The notes: generated by a model from the letters alone, not told the origin. Positions 21,403 through 32,563 are shown, numbered from the stretch's first letter. The stretch: 64,000 nucleotides of DNA from Diplonema japonicum (GCA_964019335.1 OZ025649.1:558001-622000), one strand, 5' to 3'. Numbers and translations are program-made.

Positions 21403-23595
21403 ATGGGCAAGAAAGTGAGAAAGAGTACCATCCCCAAGGCGAAGGTGATCGACATGTCAGGAGAGGAGAAGAAGGTGAAGGCAAAGGCAGCGGTGTCGGA
21501 AAAGGGGAAGGGGAAGGGGACGTATGTTTTTAAAAAAAAGTGATTTTTTTTATAATCCTAAACAGGTACCTGGCGATGAAGGCAGACAGCGACAGTGAGG
21601 ACAGCGACCTTGGTGCTGCATTGGCCTTCGACAAGGAGCCGGAGATGGGGGAGATGGACTCCGAGGAGAATTCCGAGCTGGAGGAGATGATGGAGCTGGA
21701 CAGTGACATGGAAGAGGGAGCTGAAGAGATCGAAGACGATGACGATTCCTTTGGTCTTGGTGACGACGATGAATTCGATGAAGATGAGGGGCCCGACAGT
21801 GATGAATCCGTGGACTTCGAACAAAAGGTCAACCGTGCAAAGGCACAGCTCGAGGCGCAGCAAGCAGAAGCCGCCAAGGAGACCATGCTTACCAGAAAAG
21901 CAAAGGTCTTCTCACGAAGCACCGGCGAGAACGACGGGCTTAGCGACGACGGCGAAGAAGAAGAACCAGAAGAGGAAGACGAGGAGGAAGATGCCCCTGC
22001 AGAACAAATCCCCCTCGAACAACGCAAGGAACGTGTTGAAGAGGTCCTCAAGGTGCTTGACAACATCGAAGCGCAGCGAGAAGGTGACCACTCCCGTCAA
22101 GAATACCTCGGCATCCTGAAGGACGACCTCAAAGAGGTGTACGACTACAGCGAATGGTTGATGGGGAAGCTGATGGAACTGTTCCCGCCGAGAGAACTGT
22201 TTGAGTTCCTGGAAACGAACGAGAAGCAGCGCCCTCTCACCATCAGGGTCAACACCATTAAACAGTCTCGCCGAGACCTCGCTCAAGCACTGACAAGGAA
22301 GGGAATGAGCGTGGAGCCGACAGGTCCATGGTGCAAGGTGGGACTGCAGATTTTTGAGTCAGATGTCGCGGTGGGAAGCACTGCCGAATACCTTGCGGGG
22401 CATTATTTAGTACAGAGCGCGAGTTCATTCTTGCCAGTGCTTGCGATGGAGGTCACCGAGGGGATGAGGGTCCTGGACATGGCTGCAGCGCCAGGTGGGA
22501 AAACCACACACATTGCACAGCTCATGAAGAACACAGGCACATTGATGGCAAACGATGTTTCCGCAGAGCGTCTCATTGCCTTGAGGGGTAACATGCTCCG
22601 CATGGGCAACACCAACACCGTCATCACCAACTACAACGGAGTTGGCTACGACCGTGTCATGAAGAACTTCGACAGGGTGCTGCTGGACGCACCGTGCACG
22701 GGGCTTGGTGTTATCTCGAGAGACCCCCGCATCAAGGCATCCAAGACAGAGCGCGACGTGACCCTCTGCGCTATGCTTCAGAAGAAGCTCATCCTCTCCG
22801 CCATCGACTGCTGCAAGGTAGGCGGCACTGTGGTCTACTCGACTTGCAGCATCCTCGTTGAAGAGAACGAGGCGACTGTCGACTACGCTTTGAAGCACAG
22901 AAATGTATGAAGAATGTATCTTTTTTTTAATAAAACACTTCTCAGATCCGTATAGTGGAAACGGGTCTTCCCTTCGGTCGTCCGGGGATGACCAAATTCA
23001 GGAAGAGCAGGTTCCACCATTCTGTAGGGTTGAGCAGAAGGTTTGAGAACTAAAGGAGGAAAAAAAAAAAGAAAAAAAAAAAAAAACCAGGTACTACCCT
23101 CACGCCTTCAACATGGACGGGTTCTACGTCTGTAAAATCGAAAAGCTTGCGCATGGCGAGAACACTTCTTCCCTTTGGCACAAGGTATGGAAGGAAAAAA
23201 AGAATACAAAAAATTTGATATTTTTTAAGGAGAAAAAAGAGGACACGAAGAAGGGCAAGAAGAGGGGTCAACCTGAGGGAATGCCCGAACCCCCTCTGAA
23301 GGTTCAAAAGAGGAAGGCGGATGCCATCGCAGGGGCGGAGCTAACTGAGAAACCGAAGGAAGTGTCCAAGATGATGACGATTAAAAAGGTGCCGGTGGTG
23401 AAAGGGGTAAAGAAAGAGAGGAGGAGCCGGTGGAAGAGAAAGAACCAAAAGGACAAGGAGAAGCAACTGAATGGAAAAAAGAGCAAGAAGGACAAGGTCC
23501 CCGCCGAGAAGCCTGTGAAGAAGGACGCTGAGAAAAAACCCTCTGTTAAAAAAGCTGCGCCGAAAAAAAAGAGCATACAAAAGACTAAGAAATAA
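21403..23595 (+). CDS. NOP2: rRNA m5C methyltransferase Nop2/NSUN1; introns 21522-21565, 22905-22945, 23041-23090 and probably in-frame 23185-23229
   Basis: RVLDMAAAPGGKT, FDRVLLDAPCTG, VVYSTCS..ENE, RYYPH..NMDGFYV after splicing; acidic N-terminus, Lys-rich C-terminus. Confidence 0.95.
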
Positions 23596-23767
23596 GAACT
23601 CTTCTCCTCTGCCTCCCCCCCCCTTTTTTTTCGCATCTCCCGTTTCTTTTTTCTTTTTTGTTCAAATCATAGTGATTTCCCCTTCTTTTTTTTTTGTTTC
23701 CCACTCCTTACCATCATGAAAAAAAAAAAAAAAAAAAAAATCATTTCTTTTTATACCCTACTCATTT

Positions 23768-23800
<33 letters not shown>

Positions 23801-23858
23801 ATTTACCCCATGATTCACCATGTCAGTGCGTGTTTTTAAAAAAAGAAAAAAAGAAAAA

Positions 23859-25703
23859 ATGGAGATCAACGATCGACCGGAGTCGGAAAAGGTCAGCATG
23901 CTGAAAAAGGTCATCACCCGCCCATCAATCCCCGACTCCGAAGCAGCGCATCTCGGGCCCGTTGACAAATTCGTGAAGTACGGTCGGGTGCCTTGTAAGC
24001 TCGTTCTCAATATTTTGATGGTGATCCTGCTCACCCTAGAGGTGGCGATATTCGTCCCAGTGGACAACCATTATCACAACGACTCAGTGCTTGCTTTGAG
24101 CGACCTGTTCACACCTAACGGCCAGATAGGTGCGACACCCACCATGGATTACCATTTTTACGACTCGACGGAAATCGTTTTGTTTCTAAACAGAACGTTT
24201 TCAACATGGAACACCATCAACGAGTCCGCCACAGGTCTCTACCTGTACGAGCTGGACGGGAACGGGGCGAGAATATTGCCTTACATGGAACTCGAGATGA
24301 AAAAAAACGGCACTTTTACAGATATTATAGGCGAGGACCACCCTGATGTTTCAACAAGAACGGTCCACTGCACGTTAACCCCTGAAAACCCAATCGGTCC
24401 CTTCGCACCATTGTTGAACGGAAACCCCATCGTGACCTTGGGAGAGGACAAGAAAGGCGTGTTAAACAAAAATCGACGCGTAACAAAGCGAGACACCACC
24501 AGTACTCAAAAATCCATGATAACAGATGTCGATGCAGGCCAGCAGGATCCTTTCTGTGAAGGCGACCCCTTAATCTTCGAGAAGATCAACTCGATTATTG
24601 TCCACCTTGTAATCGACAATATCAGGCTTGCTGGCACAACCAACCACCCTACCATTCGAAGGTGGACAATGCAGCAAGCCTATTCAATGACGTCTCGAAG
24701 CGGTGTTGTAGAATTTGAGATGACCTATGAAACGGGGATTGTGGGACGGCATATTGATGTGGCAGATGCAATGTCACAGATGTACACGATTCTCCCGTTT
24801 TTTTGTTTGATAATTGCGTTGTGGGACTTGGTGCTGCGTGTTAAACAGGCTCGGTCTGAGCTCAGCAGGAAACAAAAAGCACGAAAGATCAAAGAAACCA
24901 TCGCAAAATCCCGCGAAGAGGCTTCCCCAAGAACCGAGATTTCCATCGCCGACAACGATTTGATGAAACCGTTAGTCGATGGCGATGGGATTCCATCAGA
25001 TGTGGAATCGTCGTCCGATTCACATTCCTCTGAAATGTCGCGCGCGAGAGATTTCGATGTCGAACAAGAAGTCGCAGAAAATATTAGTAATTACTCCGAG
25101 GAGTGGTGGGACATGGAGGACAACCGTGTCCAATGGCTTGTCACCGCTGTTTTGACAGACACCCTTATCATTGTTTCGAGGATACTTATTCTGTACATAA
25201 ACCTCTCAACGTCGAGTATAGAAAATTCCACTCTTGTAGCGAGATCTGCCATTTCCGGGCTTGCCATTTTATTTGCGTGGGTTGTGATAATTTCCCATTT
25301 GGAGCATCAGCCTCGGTTTTATCTGCTCATGAAGACGCTTCGTCGAGGTACTCCAAGAGCGTTGAAGTTCGTCTCTGGGTGCTTCCCAATTCTAATGGGG
25401 TATGCCATTCTTGGAACTGTCATGTTTGGAGGGTATTCCGACCGGTTTGCCACGTTGGATGGCTCGTTCGTTGTGCTCTTCTCCGTCATGAACGGGGACA
25501 TCATTGATGAAACCTTTGAGTCAATCTTTCTCGAATCGTCTCTGTTCCTCAAAATCTTCTCCCGTGTGTACCTCTACACCTTCATCGCCCTGTTCATCTA
25601 TGCCATTTTGAACATCCTTCTTGCCATCATGGAAGACGCGTACTTCCAAGTAAAGCGGCAGTTGATTGTTGGGTTACGTGAGGAAGTTCTTCAAGCTGAA
25701 TGA
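23859..25703 (+). CDS. MCOLN: Mucolipin / TRPML-type cation channel
   Basis: DKFVKYGRVPCKL N-terminal motif, large luminal loop, six TM segments, pore RFATL..LFSVMNGDII.ETF, SRVYLYTFIALFIY. Confidence 0.88.
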   Translation: MEINDRPESEKVSMLKKVITRPSIPDSEAAHLGPVDKFVKYGRVPCKLVLNILMVILLTLEVAIFVPVDNHYHNDSVLALSDLFTPNGQIGATPTMDYHFYDSTEIVLFLNRTFSTWNTINESATGLYLYELDGNGARILPYMELEMKKNGTFTDIIGEDHPDVSTRTVHCTLTPENPIGPFAPLLNGNPIVTLGEDKKGVLNKNRRVTKRDTTSTQKSMITDVDAGQQDPFCEGDPLIFEKINSIIVHLVIDNIRLAGTTNHPTIRRWTMQQAYSMTSRSGVVEFEMTYETGIVGRHIDVADAMSQMYTILPFFCLIIALWDLVLRVKQARSELSRKQKARKIKETIAKSREEASPRTEISIADNDLMKPLVDGDGIPSDVESSSDSHSSEMSRARDFDVEQEVAENISNYSEEWWDMEDNRVQWLVTAVLTDTLIIVSRILILYINLSTSSIENSTLVARSAISGLAILFAWVVIISHLEHQPRFYLLMKTLRRGTPRALKFVSGCFPILMGYAILGTVMFGGYSDRFATLDGSFVVLFSVMNGDIIDETFESIFLESSLFLKIFSRVYLYTFIALFIYAILNILLAIMEDAYFQVKRQLIVGLREEVLQAE

Positions 25704-26825
25704 GAATTTTCTTTTTTTCCAACCCACCCAAGGGCGGCCCTCCATGAGGGGGTTTGTCCTGCACTTTGAGTTTTTTTTTTTTTTTTTTTAAAAGGTGGTG
25801 GGGATAACATGGAAATATAAGAAAAAGATCAGATGTGTTGTTCGCTGTTGACCTCCTCGTCGGTCATCACCGGTAGCGCCCGAGTGGAAGAACATAATGC
25901 AGATGCTCAGGGTGACGAACAGGCAGCAAACTGCACGAGCGCAGAATCTTGGTTACCCGGGACGCACCGGCTGGGGTTGAGCTGTACACCGCACGCATTA
26001 AGGACACGACGCGGAACGCAGAAGAAGCTACAACTCGGCCGCGGTGCGCCCCCTGTAATCAAGTAGACAGTTCTTGTGCAGGGCGCCGCCAACACCGGCC
26101 TCCTTTAACTCATATTTTTTTTTTTTTTTTTTTTTTTTTTGTTTGGTATTCCTTCCCTCCTCTCCCCTTCCCCCTTATCATTGTGATGAAAAAAAAAATA
26201 AAAAAAGAATTTGTTTTGTTTTGTTTTTTTGTTTTTTTTTTGCTCTCTCAAAAAAAAAAGAAGAAATAAAAAAAAAAAAAAAAAAAAAAACGAGAAATAA
26301 AAAAAATAAAATAAAGAAATTGTGTTTTTTTTTGTGTGTGATGTGTGCGCAGTAACAGGGGGTGCTCTTTTCTTAACAAGAAGTATAGGACAGGGGGGGG
26401 GGGGGGGGGGGGGAGGGGATTTAGCTTTATTTTGTCGAATTTTTAGCTTAAGCTTTCTATAGGATGCCCGCCGTTGCATAAACAAGAAACGCCGCCAACT
26501 CTTCTTCTTCTTCTTTTTTTTTTTTTTTTTGCCTACCTGCACCGCACCAAATTGTAATTGGGTAATAAAGAAAAATGGTGTTCCAAACATAAAGAGAGAG
26601 AGATACAGAGAACTGAGCACATGAAAGCGGGTTGCTTTGTTATTGTGAATCTGCGTCTTGCCCCTTCCCCCTTCTTCTTTCCCCAACACAGATCTTTCCA
26701 TCCCCCCACCACCCACACCCCTGCAACTTCTTACGCGAACCCCCTTTTTATTTTCCGGTGCGGCCGAAAGGATGTCTGGAGAAAATAGGGGAAAAGAATG
26801 TTTTATTTAGTCGATTTTTTTTTTG

Positions 26826-29124
26826 AACCATCGGCCGATCACAGTCACGAGCGCGGTCTATCGGCTGTGGGCATGTGCGAGGCTGCGTGACATCACGCTG
26901 TGGCAAGAGAAGTGGATCGACGACTCTCAGCATGGTTTCAGACCGAAGAGAGGCACGGATAGCATTCTGATGGAGCTCAGTACACAGCTCGAAGAGGCGC
27001 TGTTGACAGGCACCCCTCTCAACGGCATTGCGTTGGATTTTGTCAAGTGCTTCGACAGAGTCCCACAGCAGATAGCTTTTGGCCTGATGCAAGATCTCGG
27101 TTTGCACGAGCGGATACTGACCCCCTTGAAAGCTATGTATGCGAACCTGAAGCGGCGATTCCGTTTCCCGACAGGTGTTGGCTCAGAGTTCCGAGTGACG
27201 AATGGTATCCTGCAAGGGTGCCCCATCTCGGTAATCATGGTGAACGCCTTGGTGTCGGTGATGGTGAAGTGCGTGATGACGGAAGTACCAGGAGCTTGGT
27301 CACTTTCGTACGCGGATGACGTGTACCTCCTGGCGCGTTTAGCGGAGGTCCTGACAAGGGCGACCAACAAGGTGATCGAGTTCGGGGACCGGACAGAGAT
27401 GCGCCTCAACGGAAAGAAGTCGCAGGGATTCTCGACGAAAAACGAGATCGGCCCTAGTTTAGTATGCACCGGTTCCTCGTTCAAGGTAGCTAGGGAGATC
27501 AAATCACTTGGCGTGAACCTGAGCATGGATGGGAATCACAGGCTGGACAAGCTGGACGCAGCGGAGGGACGCCTGACCCGTCTCGGAGCTTTGCCACTAG
27601 GGTTTGAGAACAAGTCGACGATGTTGACAAGCACTGTGCTACCGTCGTGTCTGTACGGAGCGACGTATGCGGCACCCTCGGACGACCAGCTGAAGAAGAT
27701 GTGTACAGCGGCAGTGGTCTCCTTGTGGGGCCCCCAGTTCGGGATGAGAAACCCCGTGTCTGTACTGAACGTTCTGCTGCCAGGGCATACGGCACATCCC
27801 TTGTCGAAGGTCATCTACGGAACGATAAACAGCTTGGTCCGGGAGAGCCTGGCCTCTCCGCTTTTGCGGCAGCGTGTTGGTGAGATCATTGGTCTATACC
27901 AGGACCGTGATGACGATGAGGTGATGGGTCCGATTGGAGTCCTGCGGAACAGATGGCTCCCCTTTCTGGGGAAGGGATGGTCCTTTGTGGCCGACCTGCA
28001 CGGAGATACAGCGGTGGCTCACAAAGTGAGGCAAGCCATCAGACCGGCAGTTGCGAAGAGGCTGATCGAGAAGAGATCAACCTTCGTGGGGATGGAGGCA
28101 GGGGCGTGCCCGTCCACGAACTATTGGTGGAAAAAGCTCCAGGCCCGGAGACCGTTGGTGTCCTTTAGGTTACGGCGCATCATTAGTGGGGCAGTGTTCA
28201 CGACTCACCCGAGGGTGTGGGGGAGAAAATTGGATGGCCCTGGTGTGGAAAACCCAGCATTAGCGTGTGACGTTTGCGACCACCGGTCCCAGACAACGAC
28301 CAGCATGACGGAGCATGCACTGTGGGGGTGCGAGCCGGTAAGGAGTGTGTTGGAAAGCGAGCAATACGCAGAGGTGAAGCGAGAAGGCCTCCCAGCTGCC
28401 ACAGCCCTTCACGGGATAGTCCCAAGAGGAGCCGACAAAGCAGGGAAAGAACGTGCCAGGATGGTGCAACAATACCTCCTGAAAGTAGTGACGGTCCGTG
28501 ACGCCAGAGCAGCGGAAAAAAGCAAGAGAGTGCTCACCTCCAACCCTTGGGATGAGGTAACGACAGGGAGGCAACATGATGTTCCGACGGAAGCGTTGCT
28601 GAAGGCGAACGGGGCGTCAGGCGCGGTCCTGACCTTTCATTTGAAGAACGTGGCTAAGAGGCCTACGATGGTACGATGGTAAGAAGAAAACTTCCGTCAC
28701 TACAATGGAACTCGCCATAGACTATGAGCAGACCACCCGCCGGTCACTCATAGGTCCCCTCGACGATCAAGACCTGCTCACGGAGAAGGCCGCAAGGATG
28801 CGATACATCTTGGGTCGCATCCAGAAATGCTCAGCACGCTGTGGAAGGTCAGCCTTCCCCGCCAACGCCAAATCAAGGGTGCATACCCTTCGACATCTTG
28901 GGGGCCCGACGGCACACGGCTACGACAGGAGACCACTCTTCTCCTCGAGCCAAACCCCCCCCCTACCTAGCACGACTCCAAGCAATGTTTCTCGCCCAGA
29001 TGCCGTCCATCTCATCGCGACAAACAGCCACCGCAGGCACCAGACAGCAACCGCAGAACGGTGACCGATTAGTGTGAATTTCTACCTGAACAGTGAGCAC
29101 CCCCATGCACACTGAAATTTTATC

Positions 29125-29127
<3 letters not shown>
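26826..29127 (+). mobile_element. 5'-truncated non-LTR retrotransposon (RT + CCHC finger + frameshifted C-terminus)
   Basis: Begins abruptly at HRPITV after poly(T); QHGFRPKRG, LDFVKCFDRV, GILQGCPIS, YADD, KSLGV; CDVC..EHALWGC; frameshift near 28645 into WLRGLRW..ELAIDYE; 3' stem-loop 29091-29114 then poly(T). Confidence 0.9.
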
Positions 29128-29159
<32 letters not shown>

Positions 29160-29231
29160 GCTGGGGAGAAGGCCAGCAAGACCACCAAAGGAGGAGAAAC
29201 CGCTGCTGAAAGGGGATAGGTGCAGGTAGAA

Positions 29232-29279
29232 GATGAGAACAAGGGGGCGTCTCACAAAGACTTCCTTTAACTCATATAT
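29232..29279 (+). repeat. Dispersed intergenic module A, copy 1
   Basis: 48 nt, 2 mismatches to 41080-41127; 3' 15 nt also at 26101-26115. Confidence 0.9.
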
Positions 29280-29559
29280 TTTTTTTCGGTTTGGGGTTAT
29301 ACAGGGCATGTGAACACATTATCACGCCCAGAGGTGTGAAGCATTGTCCGAGAGAGTAGTGCATTCAAAAGGGCCCGATAACCCCGTTTTTTTCCTTTTT
29401 TTTTCCCTCTAACTCGATATCAGTTACGGTACCCTCTTATGTGGTTTTAAAAAAAAAAAGAAAATAAAAAAGAACATCCCCCTCCATCCTCAGGTGTTTC
29501 CCCATCGAATGCCTCGCCCATGGTGATGTGATTACCTTCCTTTGCCTTTTTTTTTTTCT

Positions 29560-29600
29560 CAGGCGTCGTGCCACATACCGCAGGTACCCTTAAATGTCTC
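29560..29600 (+). repeat. Dispersed intergenic module B, copy 1
   Basis: 41 nt, 1 mismatch to 32763-32803. Confidence 0.9.
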
Positions 29601-29693
29601 TTTTTTTTTTTTTTTGTTTTTTTTTGTTACGCTCTCTGAGGAGGAAAAATGGGGATGATTTTTTTTATGGAGGGGAAAAAGGGCAGCAAACTC

Positions 29694-29727
29694 AGGTGTG
29701 TGACGACACCTCCCTTAAGCGAGTCAT
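29694..29727 (+). repeat. Dispersed intergenic module C, copy 1
   Basis: 34 nt, 2 mismatches to 54640-54673. Confidence 0.9.
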
Positions 29728-29846
29728 GGTGCAATTTTTTTTTTGCCCACTTCTTATTCCTCATTGGCGTTAACATTCAAAAACAGAAAAGGCGAGGGGG
29801 AGGGGAGAGAGGGGGAAAAAAAAGAATCCAAAAAAAGAGGAAAAAA

Positions 29847-31046
29847 ATGGGCTGCTGCCACGCAGGGGGAAACGGGAATGAGATTGAGGAAGAAAAGGCA
29901 CCGATCAGAAAGAGCTTCCAAGGAACAGACGCCAGCGAAGCAGATGACGCGGCGGCAGAACGACGCAAAAAGGCGGAAAACACCGCTGCAAAGGGGAAAA
30001 CAAACAACAATAACGACGACCGAAAAGCTCAAATCGACAAAATGAAAGCTAGAATGGGAAACAGAGCCGGTGCACTAGAGGACGAATTCGTGGAACGAGA
30101 CCAACTAAACACAACAACAGGCAAAAACGGAACAAGACCCGACAGGTACAAACGAACATCAAAACTTGGAAAAGGAGCATTCGGCACAGTTTGGAAAGCA
30201 AAGGACCTAGTAACCAACGCAATTGTAGCCATAAAAGTTATCTCCAAAGAATCATTGGCACTGGACCAAGGGGGGAAGGAACGCCTTTCAAGAGAGGTAA
30301 CCATTATGAAAGCACTAACACACAACAACCTTGTAAATCTGTACGGATTGATAACCAATGATAAGGACAAGGAAATGTGGATGATTGTGGAATACGTAGA
30401 CGGTTGCGATCTCATGAAAAAACTCGAAAACGGAAGGTTTTCCGAAAAGGTCGCCCGCGGTTACTTCCAGCAAATGATTGTCGGCCTGCATTACGTTCAT
30501 TCCCAGCACATCGCTCATCGTGACCTGAAACCTGACAATATTCTTGTAACCACGAGAAACGTTGTTAAAATCACAGACTTCGGTCTTTCCAACTTTCAAG
30601 AAGCCGATGAACGCGGCCATGTCCCTCGTGGGCAGTCCTTGAAAACTTGCTGTGGAACGCCCTATTATGTAGCGCCCGAAGTCATTACATCAAGCAACAA
30701 AAAAGGATATTCAGGATTTACGTGTGATGTCTGGTCGTTGGGTATCTTGTTGTATGTGATGCTTGTCGGTGATGTGCCCTTCAGTGGAGGCGATCTGAAA
30801 GGATTGCTTCACAACATTACTAAGGGTGTCTTCTCGTTCCCCAGTACTTCCATTTCGCCGCAGGCTAAGAATTGTATTAGGTCAATACTTGTTATGCCGG
30901 ACAAACGTGTTACTTTGACACAGCTTGCTGACGACCCGTGGGTTGCTGAGGGCTTCGACAAATCGCTAATGAGCGTGGAGGACATGAATGTGGATTCAAC
31001 AGACCCCGCGTTGCTGTGTTCTATCAGGGCAATGGCCGAATGGTGA
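29847..31046 (+). CDS. CAMK-group (SNF1/CIPK-like) Ser/Thr kinase with dual-acylation N-terminus MGCC
   Basis: LGKGAFG, VAIK, HRDLKPDN, DFG, TCCGTPYYVAPE, DVWSLG. Confidence 0.93.
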   Translation: MGCCHAGGNGNEIEEEKAPIRKSFQGTDASEADDAAAERRKKAENTAAKGKTNNNNDDRKAQIDKMKARMGNRAGALEDEFVERDQLNTTTGKNGTRPDRYKRTSKLGKGAFGTVWKAKDLVTNAIVAIKVISKESLALDQGGKERLSREVTIMKALTHNNLVNLYGLITNDKDKEMWMIVEYVDGCDLMKKLENGRFSEKVARGYFQQMIVGLHYVHSQHIAHRDLKPDNILVTTRNVVKITDFGLSNFQEADERGHVPRGQSLKTCCGTPYYVAPEVITSSNKKGYSGFTCDVWSLGILLYVMLVGDVPFSGGDLKGLLHNITKGVFSFPSTSISPQAKNCIRSILVMPDKRVTLTQLADDPWVAEGFDKSLMSVEDMNVDSTDPALLCSIRAMAEW

Positions 31047-31549
31047 TTTTTTTTTTCTTTTTTTTTTTTCCAACGAGTTTCACTCAATTTTTTTTTTTTT
31101 TTAGCTCCGTTTTTTCTTCTTCTTCTTTCCTTATTATTATTATTTTTTTTTCTTCTTCTTTTTTTTCCTTGCTCTCTCTTTTGCATTTTTTTTTTGTTGT
31201 TGTTGTTGTTGTGTTTTGTTTATGCATTCCCGCGTTTTTTTGAAAACTGAAGTGTGTGGCTGTAAAAAAAAAAAAAAAAAATTCTTAATTTTTTTGTACA
31301 CCCCCGGAGAATAATAAATACGAGGGGGAGGAAAATAAATTAAAAATAGGTCTTACAGTCGTTTTTTTTATTTGTTCATCGAAACTTAAATTTAAAAAGA
31401 AAATGTTTCATTCTCAATTTCTTTTTGTCTCTATTTGACTCCATCCCCCCCCCCCCCCCCCCCCCCACCCACCCATAATGCGAATCAAAAACGAAAATAA
31501 CATACAGGTGATGTAAAAGGGAAAACCCGCTCCCCTCTCTTTTTTTTTT

Positions 31550-32563
31550 ATGGACTTAAATGTAACCACGGAAACGATGCTTGTGCTCAATGGGACGGAC
31601 GATCTCCCCTGCGGGTGCAGGGAGGTGCTCAGCGACCTCGTTCTACCACCGTATTTCGTGATGTTTCTCAGCGTGCTGTTTCTGACAGGCCTGTCCCTCG
31701 CCATCAACGCCCTGGAACTTAAATTCCGGTACAAGATGTCCTCCAGATCAATACGGACAATGGCGGGAACGGCAACACTGGCTGCATTGGCAGCACCTCC
31801 ATGGTGGTTCTTGGCACCACAAGTAGCGTACCACATAGGGCATCTAGGGTACATTCTGTATCAAGCAATGACGAAACACAACACCAGCGCTTGGGAAGAA
31901 TACGAGTTAGGCTATGCTGTGTGGGTCAACGGCGGTGCAAGTATTTTCTTAGTTTTCGGATTGGCAGGCTCACACTACACAAAACTTATGATTGAAGGTG
32001 AGAAGAAGCTTGCAGAAGAACTTGCTAACCCGCAAAGCGAGTTTGCCAGCCAAACCGACGCCGATAATTTCAGAAAACAATTCTTGCAAGTGACTAGTGT
32101 TATAGAAATGGAGGAGATTCAAGCCAAATCAGAAGATAAAAAAACTGTAATGGGAGACGAGGAAGGGTGGGAAAAAGGAGCGAGAACGAAACGGCTCGCC
32201 ACCCTTTGTGTCGCACTGTGCATGCTTCCTGCGATCTGCACACACATAGTACCCGGGCTATTGGGGTACATATGGGTCTTCGCACCGCTTGTCTGCCCGT
32301 TGCATTTTGTCGCGTTGCGGTTTCTCATACCTCGTTCGAGGTACCTCTCCCTTATAGGGAGAATTGTGGTATTGGACGCACTCCTTTCAATCTATGCCAT
32401 CGCATTGCAGGACTCTTTCAACTTTTCCCTTTCTTTCTACAACGGAGCAAATTATTTCGAGCTGGTTCGAGACACGATTTTCCACTATCACGATGCATCT
32501 TGCTTCTTCTGCACCATGCTGAATGACGTGGGCACGACGCTGAGTGCAGGGTCTTTGTTTTGA
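31550..32563 (+). CDS. Multi-pass membrane protein of unknown function
   Basis: 337-aa ORF with about 6 hydrophobic segments. Confidence 0.75.
   Translation: MDLNVTTETMLVLNGTDDLPCGCREVLSDLVLPPYFVMFLSVLFLTGLSLAINALELKFRYKMSSRSIRTMAGTATLAALAAPPWWFLAPQVAYHIGHLGYILYQAMTKHNTSAWEEYELGYAVWVNGGASIFLVFGLAGSHYTKLMIEGEKKLAEELANPQSEFASQTDADNFRKQFLQVTSVIEMEEIQAKSEDKKTVMGDEEGWEKGARTKRLATLCVALCMLPAICTHIVPGLLGYIWVFAPLVCPLHFVALRFLIPRSRYLSLIGRIVVLDALLSIYAIALQDSFNFSLSFYNGANYFELVRDTIFHYHDASCFFCTMLNDVGTTLSAGSLF

Noticed and set aside
28663-28680. 8-bp tandem duplication ACGATGGT in the LINE as a hAT excision footprint
   Set aside because: Removing 8 nt does not restore the ELAIDYE frame; the frameshift lies upstream near 28645
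29563-29583. 21-nt microexon inside module B (AG..CAG|GTACCC)
   Set aside because: Donor lacks the +5 G found in all supported introns; no coding context
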